From the human T2T-CHM13v2.0 reference genome, Homo sapiens, in NCBI RefSeq assembly GCF_009914755.1, contig NC_060929.1: a stretch of DNA of 64,000 nt; one strand, 5' to 3'. This document shows, piece by piece, positions 43,067 through 54,229 of the stretch; the first letter of the stretch is position 1; each line of letters opens with the position of its first letter. The notes beneath the pieces are model-generated. The model had not been told where the DNA came from and made no database searches. It saw only the letters and a program-made list of their open reading frames with translations. A program made the position numbers and the translations under genes.

Positions 43067-46000
43067 GCCATCTAAGGAGTTGTTAACATGAGTTATTGTT
43101 TCTGTAGCTGTGTAATTTTCTTTAAATTTCTTATTTATACTCCAATTCTCTGCAGAAAGTATTCAATTTGGTTTTAGTTTTCTAAAAACATATTAGCCAC
43201 AATTATTCTCATGTCACATCTAATAAACTCCAATATCTACATCTTCTGTGTTCTGTTTCTATTGTATGTTTTTACTCTTAGTTTTTTGCTATAGATCTTC
43301 TCCACTGGATTAGTTGCATTTTAGGAACAAAAAGCACCTTAAAAGGCCTATAGTAAACTGAAAGAATTATATTCCTTGACCATTTACATTATGATGGGAA
43401 AAGATCTTATTTATTGAAGTGAAAAATATGATTTTCTTTTTTATCTGCTTTATTCTCATCAGAAGATGATCCATACAAAATCTTCTTTGTTTTACATATG
43501 CGTATATACAAACATGATATTACAAAATAATAGATCATGTCTATGCCTTATTAAAAAATATCTAATATTTTGAGATATATAGTTTTTAAACACTGTGAAA
43601 ATCCATGAACAAGACATTAGAAAAAAATTTCATAAAATATTTTGGTTCTTCTGCACATTTGTAAAATTATAGAGTCAATATATTTGTAACTAGAAACTTT
43701 GTGTATTTTTTTCTTCAGACTTTGTACGTGTAAATGGAAGAAAACAGTTGAAACTAGCATTCAATAATTTAAATTTTAAAATCCTACCACTGAAGACTTG
43801 GATTAAACTGTCCAAGGCAGGAGTCAGAAACAATCAGGTAACCAGCGAAACAAAGTTGCCATTTGACTTTGAAAACAGATGTAGCATGTTGCCTCCCAGG
43901 TGTAACTTCTGTAAACTTGTTCAGCATCTCTTGTTAAGTACCCTCAAATCTGTCCTTAGATTGTTGCTCAGAAATTTTCCCTCCTCCCTGTGTCATATGC
44001 CATCAATGGTGGAGAGAGCCAAGTTCTGTCCCAGAAGATTTCTATAAAAGGGTCAGCTGGATTGTTGGAGCTGTCATGTAGCAATTTGGAAAGCCCTCCC
44101 TGCTAGTAACTTTGTTGGAATTATTAGCGTCACAGGCGTAATTGGGGAGCAATTGTTTCAATCTGACCCACGTCAGAATGACAGAAAATCCCATGGTACA
44201 GGAAAGGCCTTCTTAGTCATTGTTTGGTTAAGGTATATTAAGTTGTGTCTGTAGAAGCAAGGAAAAGGCAACTAAATCTAAGATAATAGAAGGTAATGAA
44301 CCTAAATAATAATAAAGATAATAATAAGATAATCAACCTAATATAATAGAAGAAAAATAAGGTTGTATCACATTTTCAAATGCTAATAACTTCATACCAG
44401 TACTAAAACCTTGCATTTATAATTAATTTTACAAAATGTTAAGATATCCTATGTTAGATTTATAAATAAATTAACTATAATATAACTGACACAGGAAGTT
44501 GTTAGCATTTTTTATTAGATAGCATGGGTTGATTTTTCTCCTTTCTTTTTAAGAACACACAAATAGAGGAGAGAATATCAGAGACTCATCAGTTTACAGA
44601 GAATGATTCCCACTGAGGAAGAAGAGCCTGAAACAAAGATTTATACCATATCCTAACTATATAGTAATTGATGAAAGTATCAATTTGACATAATTTGACA
44701 TGTTTTCAATCCTTCCGCCACAGAATTCCAGCTGATGCCACAGCACCTTCTGGTTATTCATTGTGCAAGCATTTCTTACTTAAACAAGCTTGGTTTCTCA
44801 GTGTTGCCATTGTTCCTCCCTTCCCGTGTCTGCCCAAAATTTAGAGACAAGTTTCACCTGAACATCTTCCAGCTAGCTCGTTTCACTTTAGAACCCAGTA
44901 CACGCATGCGCATGTCCGCATGTGCATACACACACCCCAGATATTCATGCCACATCCCAAATATATTGAGTGAGATCCTTTAGAGATGGAAACTCAGTCT
45001 TCTGTTTATTTTAAATATTCCTCAAGTGACAATGATATATAATCAGGGTTGAGAAATCATTGATTTATATTTTTTCAAAGTAAAAAATTGAGGTGCAGAG
45101 AGAGAAGCAGACTTGAAGAAGATTCAGATGTAGGTAGTGGGGAGCTAAGCTTAAAACCGAGGCCTCTTTTGATCCAGAATTAAATTCTGTGTGTTCTATG
45201 GTATACCATCTTTGTAGAAATTACAGATATCATCCTGAAAAATTATTTTATTGGTCAAACAATGAAGTCAAATAGATTCATTACTAAGTGAATTAGAACT
45301 TTGAATATCCTAATGTGCATTACTACTGTTCAACTCTAGGGTGTGGAATACAGTATATCATTTCCTATACTTGTTTGACCATAGATCCATTTTGTTTTCT
45401 CCCAGAGAGTTTGTCATGGATCAATATTCTGTGGAACAGATGGTAAAAAGTACCATAGACCATTAATAACATTAGCAACAATTGATATGTGTACAGCTTT
45501 TACAGTTTATACAGAATGTTCATATTAAATTATTTTGGTTCATCATTTAAAACACTACATTAAAATGTCCAGTTTTGCTCGCTTATTTCTAAAGCAAAGA
45601 TGATGATCTTGTGCCAAGTTTGTGCCTTTGAGTGTCAATGCATGTCTTAGAAGAATACATTAGTGGAGCAATCACGCCACGATTGCATAATAACAAAAAG
45701 TATCTGTGACAGATTAAATTATCAAACTCAATCAAAGCAAATACAGTCACTGTTCAAAACCATTGCTTATTATTAAAAAGAAAAATCTATAAAAATTGTA
45801 ACTTTTGTTGAAAAAAACTACTCAGAAATATGTGTGTGTACACAAAACTAGGCAATTCATGCACCAGGTATGTATTGAGTGCCTACCATTGAAAAGACAC
45901 TCTGTCAGGTATTATGGGAAATACAGAACTGGAAATAGGCCACACAATGCCTGCAACATGAAAGATTCTCAATAAATGTTGAACAACTGTCTACAGGAAA

Positions 46001-46177
46001 AAAGTACTTCTCAATGAGCATTCTCTTTAGAAGGATGAAAACCAAAAGTTGATATAATACAAGGAAAAAGTATATAAATGTTGAGTAGAGCCGAATAGTG
46101 CCATGGGAGAAGAGAAAAAGAATAATAGCAAGAGCTATAATAGATAATATTTATGGGATGGTTGCCATAGTTCTAAG

Positions 46178-46493
46178 ACTGTGCTCTTCAATATCTTATC
46201 CATTATCCACATGTGGCTATTGAACACTTAAAATGTAGTCATTCTAAATTGAGTTTTACTGTAAACAGAAAATGCCCATCAGGTTTCAAATACCTAATAT
46301 GAAAAAATAATGTAAACTATTTTATTAGTAATTTTTGTATCGATTAAATGTTACATTGATAATATATTAGTAAATATTATTAAAATTATTTCAACCTGGT
46401 TTTCATATCTTTTAAGTTGAGCTACAAAAAAATTAAAATTACATATATGGCTCACACGTGTGGTTAGCATTACAATTTTTTTTGGAGAGCACT
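46178..46493. mobile_element. MER33 hAT-Charlie MITE
   Basis: CCACATGTGGCTATTGAACACTTAAAATGT...TAAAATTACATATATGGCTCAC...TTGGAGAGCACT. Confidence 0.8.
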
Positions 46494-47676
46494 ATGTATC
46501 TAAGAGCTTTAGCAACATGCTATCTCATTTAATCTTCCAAATCATCCTAAGAAATCAGTAACCATATTTGATACAAAGCATATTTTAAACAAGCTGACTA
46601 GAATTACACCAATGAGTAAAAGGACTTGCTCTACAACCAGTTCTATGGTAACTAGAGGAAAGCTACATGATGGACGATGATGATTACTCAGTTACCAGGT
46701 AGACTCAGTTAAATATCTTTCCTTAGCCAAACTGTATATGACTATAAAGGTGCCCATTTTAAACTCAGTAATTTTTACATATCATAATGATGAGAATTTC
46801 TAAGGGAAAGAGTAAAAGAATTTTATGTGTCTTATTTGAGAAGCTAAGCTTCTATCTTCTTGGACATTTCTATTGCCATTTTTCAACATAATGCCATTTG
46901 AAGACTGCATAACCAGCTCTTCCCAACTCTCCAACTGCAAATGGTAAGACTGTATGACTGAATGTGGCTCAATATTCTCCTTTACTATGAATGAGTACAA
47001 AGAGGGTGCTTCTCAGCCTTTGAACTTCTGGAAGCCACTAAATTTAAGCAATTTGGATTTCTCACAAAGAGGAAATCTTAGTGTAAGTTTCAACATACTT
47101 CCACCTCCAGGTGATTTGCAAACACCAACACAAAAGGCTCATGCCCATGATGGCAAATAATGGAACTTTGATGTGAAGCCAGTTACACTGTGAGCCTGAT
47201 ATTGCTTAATTGCGTGATACACACACTTAGAAACTGGCCAAAGGAAGCTCAGAGCACCTATTCAACTGAATGCCATAAATCAAATTCTAGAGAGTAAGCG
47301 TAAACATGAGTCATAAAAAGACTTGGCCTATTTTCACACCCTGAGCATGGAAAGAGAGAAATGACATTTTGTCTGGATTAATGTGATATCAGTTATAGAG
47401 AATTGTTCATCTAAAATGTTTCCAGTTCTGCCTCATTGCTGGAAGGCAGAGCATGGATGATTTATCTGAGTGGAACAGAGTCTGAGCTGTGCCTCAAATG
47501 TCTGGGCTGTGTTATCTGAAAATAAGGGAGAAAAAAAGATCCTCTGCAGCACTCGTTAAGTGTCTCTGTAGTAGCAGACAAGCTGCTTACTCATTTTAGG
47601 CAAAAAGAGGGTGACAATTTGAGATTACTTACAAAATGGGTTATCTGAGGCCATATTAGAGGTGATCTACCTCTGA

Positions 47677-48000
<324 letters not shown>

Positions 48001-48469
48001 TAGAGTCTGAAGTGTCCTCCAAGTGGTCTCTTCAAGTGCCATATGAAGGCAAACAGTTCTCATAAAATTATCCATTTCAGGCAAATCCTTTATATAAAAT
48101 TCTCAATTCTTAAATTTCAGTAAATCAAAAGTTAAAAGGAAACTAATTACCTGCCATTATTTACATGTTGTACAGATCCACCTCAGTTATTATTCAACTT
48201 AGTTAGTACTTAGTTACCACCTTAGTTACTATTCACTCTAGTTATAACAACTATTGGTATTATTTTGGATAGTAAACTTTCTGAGAACACTGAAAATTTA
48301 ATTTAATTCCATCGGTATTCAGAATGTAAATAATAGCCAAAATAAGGTGCACCTGGTTGGAAGGAACACTATAGAGATTCTCTGCTCCAGAAATCTGTGA
48401 CTAGCAACAAAACCTATTTGAGAATATTCTTTTATGATAATGACTAAAGCTAAAGTAAACATTTCAACC

Positions 48470-49170
48470 TTGTTGCAAAAATTTAATACCTGGGAATTTA
48501 GCCTAGAGATATTGCATGTATCTGAAATGCCATATGTTTGAGGATATTTACTCTAGCACTGTGTATAATAGCAAAAGTCAGAGAAAAATATTCTAAATGT
48601 CTATCAGTAAGTGCCTAGTAAAAGAAATTATTATACAGATATAAAATGGGATACTATGCAGTTATTTTATAGTTTTTTTTTTAACTTTTAAGTTCAGGGG
48701 TACATGTAGAGCTTTTTTATGTAGGTAAACTCATGTCACTGGGTTTGTTGTACAGATTATTTTGTCACCCGGGTACTAAGCCTAATACCCAATAGTTATT
48801 TTTTTGCTCCTCTCCCTGGAGCCCCCACCCTCCACCCTCAAGTAGGCCCCAGTGTCTGTTGTTATATAATCATTTTTAAAAAGAGAAAGCTCTATATGTA
48901 CTAAAATGGGATTACATTCCTAATAAATATCAATTATTTTAAGAAAGCAAATGGCAGAATATTTAATGTATACTTCCATTTACATTAAAAAATGTATATG
49001 TTTATGTAAGTATAGTTAATCTGTGGAGAGATTCTGCAACTAATAGTATTTGCTTATAAGATGGGTTGCTCATTGGCTGGAGTAGGGGGCAGGGTGGTTT
49101 TTTTTCTCTTCAAATTATTTGTACCTTTTGGATTTTATAACATGTATTTATATTACCTATTCAAAAAGTT
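48470..49170 (+). mobile_element. Old L1M 3' end remnant
   Basis: CCTGGGAATTTAGCCTAGAG...CTAAATGTCTATCAGTAAG...GATACTATGCAG; hosts the antisense L1PA fragment. Confidence 0.65.
48673..48863 (-). mobile_element. L1PA15/16-like 3' UTR fragment
   Basis: AAGTTCAGGGGTACATG...GGTAAACTCATGTCA...CCACCCTCAAGTAGGCCCCAGTGTCTGTTGTT. Confidence 0.85.
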
Positions 49171-49439
49171 AGATGAAATTTCATAAAATGATTTAGGAAC
49201 CTCCAAATCATTTTATAAAGATTGTGCTTTAAGGAGAGAGGTGATGGGGAAAATAAATAAAGGAAATATCTTTCAAAAAAAAACTGTCAAAATAGTTTTT
49301 CATAAACAAAGATTCCAGAAAAATTGTCTTACTTCCACGAGTGCAATCATGAATAAATTGCACCAAGCATGGGGGGTGCTTAAGCAGTACAACTTGGAAA
49401 TAAATAACATATTTACTTGAAGGCACAGGAAAAAAAAAA

Positions 49440-49770
49440 CATGATGTGTCCAGTTGAACAGATTCTCTCCATTGTCTATATCGCATCACGTATTCTGGGC
49501 AGAACTGTCCGCAAGGAAATCCCTCTAACGGAGCAAACACTACTCTGGGAACACACGCAGGAAATGGGAGTGATAAATCAGAAAGGCAAAGGGAACATGA
49601 TGGATGCTGGAAGCAGCTAGAGGAAGGCAGGAGGATATCAAAGTGTTCAAAGGAGAACCAGAAAAACAAGACCATGTGGATGACATCAGTGGGAAGAAAA
49701 TAACTTGGGACACACCAACAAAAGACACTCAAAGATGATTTGACAGCTTGGCAGTGCTATGAATAGGGTA
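49440..49770 (+). mobile_element. Possible ancient RTE-clade (L4-like) LINE remnant
   Basis: Translated fragments SRILGRTVRKEIPLTE and GHTNKR..LKDDL loosely resemble RTE RT C-terminal motifs; weak. Confidence 0.3.
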
Positions 49771-49879
49771 GCAAGCTCTCCATATTTATTTGCTGGAAGA
49801 TCTGCTGTTATGGCACATAGCAGTGCGTTCGAGGACAAATGCTTCCCTCCATACAAACTTTAAATGTTAATCTCTCCGT

Positions 49880-49975
49880 TGGAAAATATTTACTGAGCAT
49901 CTGATTTGTAAGGTACTGTGGGTGATACCAAAATATATAAGATAAAGATCTGCCATCTAGGAGCTTACAGTCTAC
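49880..49975 (-). mobile_element. L2 3' end fragment
   Basis: AAATATTTACTGAGCATCT...GGAGCTTACAGTCTA. Confidence 0.7.
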
Positions 49976-50550
49976 TTTCAAATAGAAAACCCTTGGGTAA
50001 AAGCTTAAATTTAAAATTATTTTTCAAATATTAATCCTTTCTCCCTAGAACTCTTCTCTCAGGATCTAGGCCTACAAAAATTTCTACTGAACACTGTTTT
50101 CAGTTCCTTTCAACTAATTATTCCGCTGAGCCTTAACAAGTAAATTATTAACAATCTAAGTTTTCATAAAGATTAAATCTACTTTTTTCCATTATTCAAA
50201 ACATTTGGTCTTTGTACCTAAGATGTCATAAGTTTATAGACAGTAATATCTCAGAGGGTCTGGGATCATGAAAATATTAGGTTGAGAAACTTTCTATTCC
50301 AAGGAAATATATCTGAAAACTATTGTCTGTTTAGTCAAAATAGCTTTCCTTAAACCTAATCAAAATTCTTCCTACTGCAATTCTGACTCATTTATTAGGC
50401 CTCCACATAATTTAGCTCATCCTTTCATCAAAAGTATTCTTAACACAAAATGCAATCAAACTCTTAATCTAAATAAAACAAAGAGCACCAATTCCCTAAA
50501 CATCTATCTACCATATGTCTCCAATTGTTTTATAAGATGTGTAACTTGAG

Positions 50551-50784
50551 TAGGGTTGTCAGGCAAGTATTAAATTTGAAATTCAAGTTAAATTTAAAAT
50601 CCAGATAAACAACAACTAATTTTTTAGTATAAATTTGTTTCAAGTACTATCTGGGACAAATATTGCATGGGATATACATATACTACAAAGTATTCATTTA
50701 TACTAAAAAAGTATTTATTAATTCTCTGAAATTAAAATTCAACTTGGTGTCCTATATTTTTATTTATTGAATGTGGCAAGCCTG
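50551..50784. mobile_element. MER53 palindromic hAT MITE
   Basis: TAGGGTTGTCAG...TGGCAAGCCTG ends, inverted internal arms, perfect 8-bp TSD AACTTGAG. Confidence 0.9.
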
Positions 50785-51622
50785 AACTTGAGTAATTACT
50801 TTCAAAAAATTATAAAATGGGATGAAAACCCTTTTATTGTTTAATAAAAAGAATGAGTATTACTTAATGTTTACCACATTTAAGATCTTAGATTACAAAC
50901 CACTTATTCAGCAGCTCACCAGATGAGAAGTAAAGATGACTATTTCTGAAATGTGTGGAGGCTTTTCACTTGTTTGGCTATCCAGAATCAAGAGGCGGAA
51001 TACCCTCTGGATGGAAACTTGGTGTAAGTCACTGACTACTAAGAGGCTTTCAAAACAATTCACTGATTTATGTTCCTTTTTAGCATGTGGGGTGATGGAT
51101 GCTTTCCTAGTCATCTAATGCATTGATATCATGGAGTATTGTTAAATGTCTGACAGACTACCTAACTTAGAAGGAAACACTTATCAGATACTTAGTGACT
51201 CACTTTCATTCCATACTGAGTGGTGATCCCAATATACTTGTAAGTATACTATTCCACACTACCAAAAGACTTATTTCCAGAGGTTCATGAGATAAACAGT
51301 GGGAAAAAAATACGTTTAAAAGTAGAGACTTGAGAGTGAGATGAAATATGAACTATACTTTAAGACATACCCACAGAGAGTAGAATATTGAGAGTAATGA
51401 ATAAAACCCATAAAGAGATGTGTTTAAGAGGAAAATGATCTGAGGGAAGAAAAATACAATCAGAAAGTTACTATAAAACATTTTAAGGGATATGAGGATT
51501 ATTAGATGCTAGAAGCAAGCATGTCTCATAATAAAATAAAAAGCAACAAACACATATTCAGCACTGTTAATACAGTGGGATAGAGCAGGTTTAAAAAGAC
51601 AGGAGATGTAGATTTGCCACTG

Positions 51623-51775
51623 TTCATTCATTCATTCATCCATCCATTCATTTAGTCATTCACTCGGTAGATACTTGTTGAGCATTTATTGGGTGAACAC
51701 ATTTTTTCAGGTCCAGAGGATAGAGCTGTGTATAAGTTCCACAAGTTCTGATCTATGGAACTTACGGTCTATTTA
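51623..51775 (-). mobile_element. L2 3' end with (TTCA)n tail
   Basis: TTCATTCATTCATTCATCC...TTGTTGAGCATTTATTGGGTG. Confidence 0.8.
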
Positions 51776-51811
51776 GAAAACTTAAAAATAAATTCACTAA
51801 AAAGAAACCAT

Positions 51812-52080
51812 GGGTTTTCCAATCTGGCATGTAAGGAGCTTGGAGACATCACTGCATCCAAAGAACATTAAAAAGTTGAACAAACTAAAAAATAACCAAC
51901 GCTTCTTCGATTCACAAGAGAAATGAGGTCACAGGGAAAACCACTGCCTAAAAAATTAAAGAGATAGGCAAATACAGAGAATCACACTTTATGAGAGCAG
52001 AAACTCACTAGAAGAAACCTCTGCAGGAACTAGAGTCAGGAGAGGAAAAACTAAACTGTAATTGAAAAATTGCTGGAATT
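51812..52080 (+). mobile_element. L1M 5' end-like fragment
   Basis: GGCATGTAAGGAGCTTGGAG...AAGTTGAACAAACTAAAAAATAACCAAC...GAGGTCACAGGG resembles L1MC/MD 5' ends; from recall only. Confidence 0.5.
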
Positions 52081-52460
52081 GCTTGCCATCTATATACCAT
52101 CTCTGGTGTGGCATATGTTCAGGTCTTTAGCTCATTTCTTAATCAGATTGTTTTCTTATTGTTGACTTTTAAGAGCTCTTTGTATATTTGGGATAACAGT
52201 CCTTTATTAGATGTGTGTGTGCTTTTTTTTTTTTTTGCAAATATATTTGCGTTATCTGTGGGTTATATCCTCATTCTCTTGACAGTATCTTTCACAGGGA
52301 AGAGATTTTCAGCTTTAACAAATTTCAGCTTATCAATGATTTCATTCATGGATTGTGCCTATGGTGCTCTCTCTAAAATGTCATCCCATCCCAAGGTCAC
52401 CTAGGTTTTCTCCCATGTTATCTTCTGGCAGATTTATAGTTTAGTGTTTTACATTTACAA
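52080..52460 (-). mobile_element. L1MC-like ORF2 fragment
   Basis: TTGCCATCTATATAC...TTTAAGAGCTCTTTGTATATTTGGGATAACAGTCCTTTATTAGATGTG antisense L1M ORF2. Confidence 0.8.
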
Positions 52461-53689
52461 AATTAGAAATCAAAAATGTTTACCTCGCAACACCCTTTAC
52501 TGATGAAACTAAAAACTAGTCAATGATGCAATGATCATCACACTGAGCTAAGCTCCCATTCTGGAGAGCTGTTTTGTTTATTTCCCTTCATTATTTGATG
52601 TTGAAATAGTTTTTTAAAGGCTCATCTAGATTTTATCCAGGGAACACAGATCAATAAATGGAAGATGTAGGAATTTTTCAGAAAGAGTGAAAGAAAATGG
52701 GAAACATTAAATAATTAACAAAAAATGGTCCTGTTTCAATAGGTAGTTTGAAATAAAAGTTGAGTTTTTTACATCTAAAAAAATGTACATTATTTGGATC
52801 AGATGCAAATCCAGAAATGTACAATTTTGTTTACTTACTCTTTAAAGCAGAAAGATTATTTTCTAGAATTTTACATTATCTTCAAAAGAATAATGATAAC
52901 AAAGACACAGGGATATGTTTTGTTTTGTTCTGTTTTCTTTGTTTGCCGCAAGAATATTGACAGAGAGACTGCAAATTGATGGATGAGACTTTAAGACTCT
53001 TACTTAATTTATACATTTTCCTCTGTGTCTTTATTTTTTTGAGTGAGTTAAACATCTACATCTCATTAGAACACACTTGATTTTAAAAGGGAGTGTCAGT
53101 TTTTAAGCAAATAATTTTAAATATGAAAGCAATTAATGTTTTAAAGTTGTAATTACCTCGGAGTAATGCAAATAATCCCAGGATTGTACTTGAAGCCTAA
53201 AAGTGGCAAGCCACTGATGTTCTCTTTCCTGCCCTGTAAGTTGCAAATGCTACCCTTGAGATACACACAAATAGTTCGGTTATGCTCTTAAAGAGACTAA
53301 CTGGTTAAGAGGAAAACCCAGAACCCCTTTAGTTCTAGTTACATTTCAACCATGGCTCTCCCACATAGTGGAACTCCATGACACCATGACAGCACCTACC
53401 TGGTGGGTGGAAGAGTGGCAATGACGCTAAGCAGTTCAAAAGGCAGCATGTGCTCCAAGTTTCCTCCAAATAACACTTAACAAAAAAGCTCAGCGGACTT
53501 CCTGTCTCACACAGGAAGCTGGAATGTGTTAGCAAGAAAAAGAGTGTTTCGGAGAAAGCAACATGGATCCTATTTATTCTTCCATGGCAAAATATGCTTG
53601 CAAATGGGCTTTTCTGAGATACAATGATAGAAATATATCTCTTAGATGGTTCTCTTCCTTCTCAGAAACATTTTTAGATAAATCAAAAT

Positions 53690-54076
53690 TTCACAGTCAC
53701 AGAGGATTTTTTAAATTAATTGGACTTTTTTTCCAGTTATAAAAGTAAAACCTAGAGAAATTTTCTTGCTGACCTAGAATAGTCACCTGCCATGTTGTGA
53801 GTCTGTCTGTGAAAAGGCCACGTATCAAGGAACTGCAGGTGGCCTCTAAAAGCTTAGAATGCTCCCAGACAACAGCCTGCAAGAAAACAGGAATCTTTGT
53901 CCTACACCTACAAAGACTCAACTTTGTCAACAACCACATGAGCCTGAAAGAAGAGCCCAATCTCCAGAAAAGATCACAGCTCAGCAGACACCTTGATTGT
54001 AGAACACCTAGCTAACCTCTGCCCAGACTCCTGACCCATGGAGATAATAAATGTATTTTGTTTCAAGCTGCTAAGG
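53690..54076 (+). mobile_element. MLT1E-like MaLR LTR
   Basis: CTGCCATGTTGTGAG...GGCCACGT..CAAGGAACTGCAGGTGGCCTCTA...CCCAGACTCCTGACCCATGG...AAGCTGCTAAG. Confidence 0.85.
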
Positions 54077-54174
54077 AAAAAAGTAGTGTTAGTTTATGAA
54101 AACAGTACAGAAAAGCATAGGTACAAAAATTATCCTTACCACATCCCACACTGTTAGGTGACCACTCTAAAAGC

Positions 54175-54229
54175 TGTGTGTGTGTGTGTGTCTGTGTGTG
54201 TCTGTGTGTGTCTGTGTGTGTGTGTGTGT
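54175..54229. repeat. (TG)n compound microsatellite
   Basis: Direct reading with TC interruptions. Confidence 0.95.

Noticed and set aside
49229-49732. 167-aa minus-strand ORF
   Set aside because: F/S/L/C-rich antisense reading of a purine-rich tract; no domain and a non-ATG start.
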